From NCBI GenBank assembly GCA_038231435.1, contig JBBRLJ010000063.1, positions 1-24,316 on the forward strand: a DNA stretch of 24,316 bases. The letters are read 5' to 3'. The position numbers were made by a program, and so were the translations under genes. This DNA comes from Planctomycetota bacterium (lineage in GTDB: Bacteria > Planctomycetota > UBA11346). The notes under the pieces were generated by a model. The model ran no database searches, had not been told where the DNA came from, and saw only the letters and a program-made list of their open reading frames with translations. Of the stretch, positions 1 through 8,840 are shown piece after piece (within the stretch, counting starts at the first letter, position 1; each line of letters begins with the position of its first letter).

Positions 1-220
1 GAGATCCTTCCCGCTGAAGACCACGCGGTCCGCGAGCCATCCCGGGGTGTTCAAAAAACACTGAATACCAACGACTTGGACGGGCATGCGGGATCATACA
101 GACCCCGTCAAGCTGTCTGCCGATCTGCATGAGAGCCAATTTTTCCAACAACACACAGATGCGCCACTTCTGCTGGCTTGTTCTACGCATACATTGCAGT
201 CTACTTCTCCGCTAATAAAT

Positions 221-667
221 ATGATGCACAACACCTTTCGTTTCATTATGTGCGCCGTGATCGCCTTCGAGATCGTTGGGTGCGGGGATCGGCCAGTGGC
301 TTATCACGGCGGCTCGATTCCGCCCGTCGCAAAGAGCCTTGTGATCAGCATCGACCTTGACGATCGGCTTATGTTTGAACGCGCCTTCGTGACTTCGAGT
401 TCCCTCGCCTGTGAGTTCGCATTTACACCTGATCGTCAGATCACTTGGAATGGCTATCGGGATCCGCCGAGCGTAACCCAGGCACTTCAGCCGCTCACTT
501 GTTCAATTTGGAATGCAGGGACCGACGCAGGGAGTGTAATCCTTGGTATTTGTTTCTTCGACCATGATGGCCTTCACATGAACACGATTCATATTGCGCG
601 AGAGAATGAGGCGACAGTGACGATGATCGAGCCAGGACTAGAATTCACAACCTTCTACCGCAATTGA
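221..667 (+). CDS. Hypothetical protein, possible lipoprotein/exported protein
   Basis: From ATG 221/224: MMHNTFRFIMCAVIAFEIVGC, a hydrophobic N-terminus ending in a lipobox-like IVGC (imperfect: Glu in the h-region). The ORF is open from 86. No family recognised. Confidence 0.5.
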   Translation: MMHNTFRFIMCAVIAFEIVGCGDRPVAYHGGSIPPVAKSLVISIDLDDRLMFERAFVTSSSLACEFAFTPDRQITWNGYRDPPSVTQALQPLTCSIWNAGTDAGSVILGICFFDHDGLHMNTIHIARENEATVTMIEPGLEFTTFYRN

Positions 668-755
668 AGCCTGACTCGCTGCTGTTAGGGAGGCACTCGC
701 TACCGTCTTGTCCTACGACTATATTGCGGTCTTTCTTGTTAGGCGGAAATTCATT

Positions 756-1262
756 GTGAGATTCTACGCTAAGATTGTTTGCCTTGTATTCTCGGCGATC
801 CTTGCTGGGTGTGTTTTATATTCCTGCATAGTTTGGATAAAACTTCGCACTATTTGTTCGGCGTACGGGGTGACGGCAATAGATCCTAACGGAAATCAAT
901 TGTTCAGTGGAGAAATACGAATAATCCCAGGCAGAACGCATTTCGGATTTTGGCCAAGATTTCCGTGGCTAGTGGCCTATTGTAATGATGCGACAATCGA
1001 AAGCTCTCTTTCTAGTACAAGGTTCTGGAATCAGGCCATGGCAGGGGCTTCTCAGCCCATGCCGATACAAATTCCCAAGATTAAGTCATATTATATAGAC
1101 TCATCTGGTGAATTTCAGTTTTTCGTAAATCGCCTTCATTGGGATAACGGGATCTGGATTGAACTCCATGGAGGCCAAGGCGAATTTGCGGGAACAATTT
1201 CGCACAAGACGCAAGATAGCCGTGGGGATATTGGAAATTGTAAAATTTCCGCACTGAAATAA
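756..1262 (+). CDS. Hypothetical membrane-anchored protein
   Basis: Long ORF in AT-rich DNA with one N-terminal hydrophobic segment (KIVCLVFSAILAGCVLYSCIVWIK). GTG 756 follows aggcgga; alternative start TTG 708. Confidence 0.55.
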   Translation: MRFYAKIVCLVFSAILAGCVLYSCIVWIKLRTICSAYGVTAIDPNGNQLFSGEIRIIPGRTHFGFWPRFPWLVAYCNDATIESSLSSTRFWNQAMAGASQPMPIQIPKIKSYYIDSSGEFQFFVNRLHWDNGIWIELHGGQGEFAGTISHKTQDSRGDIGNCKISALK

Positions 1263-1719
1263 CGAATGGCTGAGTAGCTATTTTAGTAACTGCGGCTCTC
1301 TGTTCCTCTGCGGATCCGTTTATTTTGTACCGCTAACGCGCAAGCATGAGCGCAGATATAATGGTGAAGTATTTTATCCGGGATTATGAGTAGGTTGTTT
1401 ATGCCCAAGTTCCTCCCATGCGATGATCCTGTTTTTCAAGGAGGTGCGGATAATACCTTGATACGTCTCACTATAAGATCCTCTGGTAAGCAGAGCGCGA
1501 CGTCGCCGACATAATTGGATACTTCAACTAACAAGTGCGGCTGGATATCTCCGGGAGAATCCCCCAGGTCCTTTTTCGGTTTCTCCCACTCGCGAGATCA
1601 CGGAGTGGCCCGGAGCGCATCAGGAGCGCCGAAACGGCGAACGGCTCCCAAATGTTGACTCGAAAGTGCCTCAGCGCCTTTTTGCCGGTGTATCACATTA
1701 TCTAAGTGCTTGTCATAAG

Positions 1720-1796
1720 TGGCGCGCCGGGAGGGATTCGAACCCCCAACCCTCGGATTCGAAGTCCGATGCTCTATCCAGTTGAGCTACCAGCGC
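1720..1796 (-). tRNA. tRNA-Arg (anticodon UCG)
   Basis: Reverse complement is GCGCTGGTAGCTCAACTGGATAGAGCATCGGACTTCGAATCCGAGGGTTGGGGGTTCGAATCCCTCCCGGCGCGCCA (77 nt). It has a 7-bp acceptor stem, D arm, anticodon arm TCGGA-CT-TCG-AA-TCCGA, GTTCGAAT T loop and encoded CCA. Confidence 0.97.
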
Positions 1797-1917
1797 ACAG
1801 CGCAGAGATTTCGGAATACGCCTCGGCATCACCATGCCATCGAACGATCGTGAAGCGATCGATAGAGCGTGCAGTCGTTGGCGCCACTCATCTGGCGCCA
1901 ACGGGCCAGGCAGCAGG

Positions 1918-2220
1918 TCAGTTGCGGACTTGCGAGTAGCCCAGGTCGAGGACCTTCTCGAGACCCTTCTTGCTGTCGTCCTCGTCGACGAACAGCTGCA
2001 GCGTGATGGCGTTCTGGGCGTCGATGGTGGCGATCACCTGCTTCACGCCTGAGGTGCGCTTGAGCTCCTCCTTGTCGGCGAGCATGCGCGTCTCGGACGC
2101 GTCCTTCTTCACATAGGTGTAGCGTTCCTGGCGGGTGGCGCCGCAGGCGACCATCCCCAGGGAGATGCCGAGGGCGAGCGCGGCGGCGGCACAGGAGGCG
2201 AGGATCGGGCGGATGGACAT
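1918..2220 (-). CDS. Small lipoprotein (100 aa), possible HMA/ferredoxin-like fold without CxxC
   Basis: MSIRPILASCAAAALALGISLGMVAC signal with lipobox MVAC; ggag RBS upstream; high GC3 codon usage. Confidence 0.8.
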   Translation of the reverse strand: MSIRPILASCAAAALALGISLGMVACGATRQERYTYVKKDASETRMLADKEELKRTSGVKQVIATIDAQNAITLQLFVDEDDSKKGLEKVLDLGYSQVRN

Positions 2221-2392
2221 GGGGTGCTCCGAGGTCGGTTCGGCGGTGGGACGCAGCGGCGGACGATAGCTCTGGAGGGGCAAAGTCCACGGTGGGGCAG
2301 GTGTTCCACGCCGGCTCGGCGCGCGGCATCGTCTGGATAGAGCCGGGACACGAATCCCTTGAGCCTGGCCTGGGCGGGGGACACTCCGGACG

Positions 2393-2536
2393 TCGGGGGC
2401 GACTGGCGCTGGACCGAGCTCGACCTTCCTATCGTAGGGAGGGCGCGCGGCGGTCGACGCGGAGAACCGCGAGGGAGCCCCCGAACAGGTCATCCAGCGT
2501 CGCTGGACGACATGGTCGCAGCCGCGCGCCTGGGCA
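2393..2536 (+). ncRNA. ZTP/ZMP (pfl) riboswitch upstream of glyA
   Basis: P1 TCGGGGGC / GCCCCCGA, conserved GACTGGCG, P2 CGCGG-AGAA-CCGCG followed by AGGGAG, and 3' element GCCGCGCGCCTGGGCA whose CGCC can pseudoknot with GGCG. glyA is a known regulated gene for this class. Confidence 0.9.
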
Positions 2537-2587
2537 CCCCCGCAAATCCTTCGGCAGGTCATCCCGCCGGAATTTTCAGGAGCCCAC

Positions 2588-3907
<1,320 letters not shown>

Positions 3908-4023
3908 CTCGGGCCGGACGCGGGCATGGGGGTCAAGGCCTCCAACAGACACCCAACGCTTGTCGGCATCGGTCGTAGTGATCAAGTAGCCCGCCGCTCC
4001 GGCGCGGGCGCCAAGGGAGCCAC

Positions 4024-4851
4024 ATGGGTCCGACATTCCGCTCGATTCTGGCCATCGCCCTGACGCGGAGCGCGCTCGCGCTGACCGGAGGCGCTCTCGC
4101 GTTGGCGGGCCCGGCCTGGGCTTCCGACTTCCTGATGGACGAGCACACCAGCCAGTCCGAAGACCCGCTGATGGCCGAGGAGCTGCATCGCGACTTCTTC
4201 ACCGGCGTGCACGACATTCGTCTCGGTGGCGGCATCTACCAGAAGCCGCACGTCTTCGAGAAGGTGACCACGCCCGCTGGCGGCACCGCCGAATATTCGT
4301 GGATCGGCGGCAATCCGATCGGCCACCGCATCTCGATCTCCGGCGTGGCCACCCCGTGGCAGGTCAGCCGCTCGTTGGGCGATCCGCTGTTCGGGCTCGA
4401 GCTGTCGTATTCCGCGTACGAGGAGACGCCCACGACCTACCGCGTCGGCGGTACCTACAGCACCAATCTGCGCCAAGACGTCACCCTGCAGTACCAGACC
4501 GGCGAGGTCTCGGCGGTGATCGGCTGGGCAACTCCGCGCTGGTACACGCGCGCCGGCGACCTGCATCTGGAACTCGCCGCCGTGATCGGCGGCGGCTTCG
4601 CCTGGGCCGATACCCAGGGCATCAACGCCGCCGGTCAGGTGGTCCGCCGTCGCGGCTCGGGTTGGGACTACAACGTCGGACCGCGTCTCGGCATCTACCT
4701 GTGCGATTCCGGCTGGGTGTTCGGCATTCATGGTGATTGGGTGTTCTCGCACGGCGAGGTCGGCATCGATCTGCCGAACGGCGACCACAGCGAGCTTTCG
4801 GTGGACGGCGATGGGTTCGGCGGCGAGGGGCAGATCGGGTATCGGTTCTGA
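4024..4851 (+). CDS. Probable outer-membrane beta-barrel protein
   Basis: Sec signal ending AWA-S; amphipathic Gly/aromatic-rich beta strands; C-terminal GQIGYRF matches a BamA beta-signal; gggag RBS. Confidence 0.75.
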   Translation: MGPTFRSILAIALTRSALALTGGALALAGPAWASDFLMDEHTSQSEDPLMAEELHRDFFTGVHDIRLGGGIYQKPHVFEKVTTPAGGTAEYSWIGGNPIGHRISISGVATPWQVSRSLGDPLFGLELSYSAYEETPTTYRVGGTYSTNLRQDVTLQYQTGEVSAVIGWATPRWYTRAGDLHLELAAVIGGGFAWADTQGINAAGQVVRRRGSGWDYNVGPRLGIYLCDSGWVFGIHGDWVFSHGEVGIDLPNGDHSELSVDGDGFGGEGQIGYRF

Positions 4852-4877
4852 GAGCGCACGTGCCGGCAGGAGCAGCC

Positions 4878-6230
4878 ATGACGTCCATCTTCCATCATCT
4901 CCGTGTGCTTGGCGCTGTCCTGGTGCTCGCCTGCGGCGCCCTGCCGGGGTTCGCCGCCACCACTACCGTCAGCGACGTCGATGCCCCCGATGGCGATTAT
5001 GGTGTCGGAGCCATCATCGACGTCACCGTGACGTTCACCGCGCCGGTGACCGTGACTGGTGTTCCGACCCTCAGCCTGGCTCTCGGTACCACGACCCGCG
5101 TGGTGAATTACGGCAGCGGATCCGGCACGGCGATCCTGCATTTCCAGTATACGGTCCAGGCCGGCGACAACAGCGCCGACCTCGACTACATTTCCACCGC
5201 GGCATTGCAGCTCGCTAGCGGCACCATCCAGGACGGGACCCCGGCCAATGCCGATGTCACCCTCGCGCAGCCGGGATTCCTCCACTCCCTCGGGGACAAC
5301 TCGGTGATCGTCGTGGATACCGTTCCCGCCACCGTGCTGTCGGTGACCACGACCAAGGCCCCGGGCCTGTACGGAGTGACCACGGTTCCGATCGTGGTGA
5401 CGTTCAGCAAGCCGGTGACGACCAGTACCGTGCCGACGTTGACCTTGAACACCTCCCCGAACGCGGTCGTCAATTATGCGAGCGGCAGCGGCAGTAGTGC
5501 TCTCACGTTCACCTACACGAGCGCGGCTACCCAGGTTTCGAATCACCTCGACTACGTGAGCAGCACGGCGCTCGCCGGGGCGATTTCGAATCTGAGCACA
5601 TCCGGAGTGACCCCGGCCACGCTCACCCTGCCCGCGCCGAACGCCAGCGGTTCGCTGGGCGCCAACAGCACCATCGCGATCAACACCAACGCCGATGCGA
5701 CTGCGCCGACGGTGCTGGGCATCAGCTCGACGAACGGCAATGGGACCTACGCGACCGGCAACACCATCGTCGTGCTGGTGGCCATGAGCGAGCCGGTGAA
5801 CGTCACCGGCTCGCCCCTGCTGCAGCTGAACGACATCGGCATCGGCGCGACCGATCCCGTCGCCACCTTCGTCGACGGCACCGGCTCATCGGTGCTGCGC
5901 TTCAGCTATGTGGTCGGATCGACCGATGCCACGCGCCGCCTGGATGAATTGAGTCCATCCGCTCTGCTCATCAACGGCGGATCGATCCAGGATATCGGGC
6001 CCAATGCGGCGGTGCTCGCCGTGCCGGCGCCGGGCGCGACGGGCTCGCTCGGGGCCACGAAGGCGATCGCGGTCAACCTCGACAACCTGCCCAGCGGCAA
6101 GCCGCTCGCGGCGTCGGTGGTCGGCGTGTCGACGCCGAAGGGTGGCGGCTGCGGTCTCAGCTCCGCCCTCGGAGCGGTGCTCGCCGCGCTCGCGCTCACG
6201 CTGCATGGCAGGTTACGCCGCCGCGCGTGA
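4878..6230 (+). CDS. Surface protein with three Ig-like repeats and a C-terminal GGGCG-TM-basic sorting tail
   Basis: aggag RBS and ATG 4878; signal ending GFA-A. Three ~120-aa Thr/Ser/Val-rich repeats (GxY...VxxSxPV...PxLxL...GxGxxxLxFxY...LD...SLG). Tail is KGGGCGLSSALGAVLAALALTLHGRLRRRA. Confidence 0.85.
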   Translation: MTSIFHHLRVLGAVLVLACGALPGFAATTTVSDVDAPDGDYGVGAIIDVTVTFTAPVTVTGVPTLSLALGTTTRVVNYGSGSGTAILHFQYTVQAGDNSADLDYISTAALQLASGTIQDGTPANADVTLAQPGFLHSLGDNSVIVVDTVPATVLSVTTTKAPGLYGVTTVPIVVTFSKPVTTSTVPTLTLNTSPNAVVNYASGSGSSALTFTYTSAATQVSNHLDYVSSTALAGAISNLSTSGVTPATLTLPAPNASGSLGANSTIAINTNADATAPTVLGISSTNGNGTYATGNTIVVLVAMSEPVNVTGSPLLQLNDIGIGATDPVATFVDGTGSSVLRFSYVVGSTDATRRLDELSPSALLINGGSIQDIGPNAAVLAVPAPGATGSLGATKAIAVNLDNLPSGKPLAASVVGVSTPKGGGCGLSSALGAVLAALALTLHGRLRRRA

Positions 6231-6383
6231 TGCCGCCGAGCGGGCGCTAGTGCTCGATGTATCGATTCCCGCGTCAGGCCGCCCGCCGTGTGTCTGGGTG
6301 GCTGGTCCCGCGCCCAATCCCACCTTGCCTACCACCTTCCCCGCATCTACTTCAATGGCGCATGGTGCGCGCAGGGGGCAGCG

Positions 6384-7166
6384 ATGAGAACTTTGGCCAT
6401 CGTCAACCAGAAGGGCGGCAGCGGCAAGACCACGACTTCGGTGAACCTGGCCGCCGCGCTCGGCGAGCGCGATCGCACCGTACTGCTGATCGACCTGGAT
6501 CCGCAGGGCTCGTCGTCGATGTGGTACGGCATCAAGGATGCCGGCAAGGGCATGCTCGATGTGTTCACTGGCGACGCCACGCTCGCCGACCAGGTCCAGG
6601 AGACCATGGTGCCGGGCGTGTGGGTGATCCCGTGCTCGACCTGGCTCGCGGGCGCCGAAAAGGCGCTCGCGCCTGAGAACGGCGCCGAGAGCATCCTGCG
6701 CAAACGCTTGGCGAAGCTTCCTGCCGGCAAGGACGCGCTGCGCTGGGACTACTGCCTGATCGATTGCCCACCCACCCTGGGCGTGCTCACCATCAACGCG
6801 CTCACCGCCGCCGACGAGGTGATGATCCCGGTCGAGTCGCACGTCATGGCGCTCGCCGGTGTCGCCCAGATCCACAAGACCGTCGACGTGGTGAAGGAAC
6901 GGTTGAATCCCGAGCTCGAGATCACCGGCATCGTCGCCTGCCGCGTCGACAGCCGCACCCGCCATTCGCTCGAGGTGGTCGAGAAGCTGCGCGAACGCTT
7001 CGGCAAGACCGTCTTCAAGACGGTCATCCGCGAGAACATCCGCCTCGCAGAATGCTATTCGTTCGCCAAGCCCATCACCGAATACGACTCCGCCAGCTAC
7101 GGCGCCAAGGACTATCGCGATCTCGCGACCGAGGTGCTGAAGCAGGAACGGGCGCTGGCGAAGTAG
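6384..7166 (+). CDS. parA: ParA/Soj/MinD-family ATPase
   Basis: Deviant Walker A NQKGGSGKTT, LIDLDPQG, IDCPP, NALTAAD, and C-terminal TVIRENIRLAEC...GAKDYRDLA. No N-terminal HTH (type Ib/Soj-like). Confidence 0.93.
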   Translation: MRTLAIVNQKGGSGKTTTSVNLAAALGERDRTVLLIDLDPQGSSSMWYGIKDAGKGMLDVFTGDATLADQVQETMVPGVWVIPCSTWLAGAEKALAPENGAESILRKRLAKLPAGKDALRWDYCLIDCPPTLGVLTINALTAADEVMIPVESHVMALAGVAQIHKTVDVVKERLNPELEITGIVACRVDSRTRHSLEVVEKLRERFGKTVFKTVIRENIRLAECYSFAKPITEYDSASYGAKDYRDLATEVLKQERALAK

Positions 7167-7173
7167 CCGAGCC

Positions 7174-7539
7174 ATGCCGGAAGCAGCCCCTCCGGACGCA
7201 CGCCGGGACTCCCAGTCTCTTGCCTCGGCCGAGCCCGAGATGCTCATCGTGCTGGTCCCCGAACGCGAGCAGCGCCGCAAGCGCAAACGCGCTCCGCGGC
7301 CCGAGCCAACCGCGACCCTGACCGTCTCGTTGCCGCGATCCCTCGCCGAGGAGCTCAAGGACACCGTCTCGGTGCTGCCTGGCGTCAGCCTCGACTCGCT
7401 GGTCGCCGAGGCGCTGGAGCGCATCGTCGCCGGCTACGTCACCGCCATCGGCTCGCGGCCGCGCTCGGTGGTCGCGCCCATGGCGCCAGGCATCGCCGAC
7501 GAGTACATCGTCGTCATCACCGACTCGGAGACCGCATGA
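7174..7539 (+). CDS. Small protein with ribbon-helix-helix-like motif (putative ParA partner 1)
   Basis: Basic patch RRKRKR, then TLTVSLPRSLAEELKD...VSLDSLVAEALERI (beta-helix-helix pattern). Starts 7 nt after parA. Confidence 0.65.
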   Translation: MPEAAPPDARRDSQSLASAEPEMLIVLVPEREQRRKRKRAPRPEPTATLTVSLPRSLAEELKDTVSVLPGVSLDSLVAEALERIVAGYVTAIGSRPRSVVAPMAPGIADEYIVVITDSETA

Positions 7540-7949
7540 GCCCACGCGCACCCGCGAAGAAGCCCAAGACCTCGGCGGCCAAGAAGCCCCCAAAGCCCAG
7601 GAAGCCGTCGGCAAACAAACTGCCCACTACCATCGGCGACAATCCGCTCGATCTGCTGCTACCCGCCGCGCCGGTGAAGAACGTGGCGATGACCAGGAAG
7701 CAGCGCCCCGCCGCCACAGAGGTCGGCACGGGCAACGAACCGACCACCGTGTTGACCATCACCGTGCCCCGCTCGCTCGCGCGCCAGGTCGAGAGCGTTC
7801 TCGCCGTCAGCCCCGAGCTCAGCTTCGACCAGATCATGTCGACCTCGCTGGCCGAGGTCCTCGCCTCGATCAAGGGCCGCAATCGCGGCCGTGTGCGCTC
7901 CGCCACCTCGGTGAAGGACCTCGCCTCGTCGGTGAAGCGCAAACGCTAG
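7536..7949 (+). CDS. Basic small protein with ribbon-helix-helix-like motif (putative ParA partner 2)
   Basis: ATGA overlap with the previous ORF. Lys/Pro-rich N-terminus, TTIGDNPLDLLLP peptide, then VLTITVPRSLARQVE...LSFDQIMSTSLAEVL, similar to the previous ORF. Confidence 0.7.
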   Translation: MSPRAPAKKPKTSAAKKPPKPRKPSANKLPTTIGDNPLDLLLPAAPVKNVAMTRKQRPAATEVGTGNEPTTVLTITVPRSLARQVESVLAVSPELSFDQIMSTSLAEVLASIKGRNRGRVRSATSVKDLASSVKRKR

Positions 7950-8012
7950 GGGGATGCGGTCGGAGCGGCTGGGCCGCTCCGCTCACCAAGCCGCTCCGCG
8001 AGTCGTATCCGA

Positions 8013-8696
8013 TCAGCGCCACTCGGTGGTAGTGGTGGTCTTGAGCTCTATGGTCTTCTGCGGGATCACGGTGAGCTCCCACGTCAGGTCGGTCTTGGCG
8101 TCGGCGCCCTTGGCTTTCACCGCGATGTTGTGCAGCGTCACCAGCACGGTGTCGCCCTCTTTCAGGTCCTTGATCTCCGGGCCGCGCACGCGGTAGAACG
8201 CGGTGGCGCCCGAAGGAACATTGCTCATCGAGACGCCCTCGGTGTCGACGTGGTGGTTGGCGGGCTTGCCGTTGACCAGGTACTCGACCTGCACGCTCTC
8301 CGAATAGTTGATTGCCGATTTGCCGTTGTTCTTCAACGCGATCAGCAGCTGGAATTCCTCAGGATCGAACTTGGCCTTGTCGGTGGTGGTGACGGAATAG
8401 CGCCACTTGCCACCCACGTTCGAACCGATGCCGCTGGCGGCCTGCTCGCTCTTGTCCTGGGTTACCACCAGCTTGCAGGGCTCGATCGATAGGGAGGCAC
8501 CGGTCTCACCCTTGGTCTGGGCGAGCGCGGTGTTCGGCTTGACCTGCATGGTCGGCACCATCACCGAGGTGGGCGAGGCCTTCGCGGAAGCGGCGTCCGA
8601 ACGCGAGCCGGAATCCCCGCACGAGGCGAGCGACAGCACGACGGCCGCGAGCGCGGACAGGGCGACGGTGGTGCGGTGCGATCGGAACGTGGACAT
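8013..8696 (-). CDS. Lipoprotein of unknown function (beta-rich mature domain)
   Basis: MSTFRSHRTTVALSALAAVVLSLASC with lipobox LASC; gagg RBS; high GC3. Confidence 0.82.
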   Translation of the reverse strand: MSTFRSHRTTVALSALAAVVLSLASCGDSGSRSDAASAKASPTSVMVPTMQVKPNTALAQTKGETGASLSIEPCKLVVTQDKSEQAASGIGSNVGGKWRYSVTTTDKAKFDPEEFQLLIALKNNGKSAINYSESVQVEYLVNGKPANHHVDTEGVSMSNVPSGATAFYRVRGPEIKDLKEGDTVLVTLHNIAVKAKGADAKTDLTWELTVIPQKTIELKTTTTTEWR

Positions 8697-8840
8697 GGTG
8701 CGCCTCGGGAAACGGGTGTTGGACCGGCGGAAGCACACCGGATCGACGGGATGAGTCAAGTCCGCTGTAGCGAATGCGAATGTCTTCCCCGGTGGGTCGG
8801 AGCAGGATCCGTGGTGGTCAGCGGCAGATATGCCGCGTAC

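Larger units (their letters stand above)
1..1719. mobile_element. Probable edge of an AT-richer genomic island integrated at the 3' end of tRNA-Arg
   Basis: Composition is visibly AT-richer than the rest of the window and switches back around the tRNA CCA end (1720). It holds orphan ORFs. No integrase is inside the window. Confidence 0.55.

Noticed and set aside
669..745. Integron attC-like words (GCCTGAC...GTTAGGG, GTTAGGC) between the island ORFs
   Set aside because: The inverse-core to core distance is only 8 nt, no L boxes or extended hairpin were found, and there is no integrase in the window.
1706..1939. ORFs overlapping the tRNA
   Set aside because: Translation artefacts of the tRNA gene.
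2340..2380. GCCTGGCCTGGGCG as a second, tandem ZTP aptamer
   Set aside because: No upstream GACTGGCG, P1 or P2 partner could be found.
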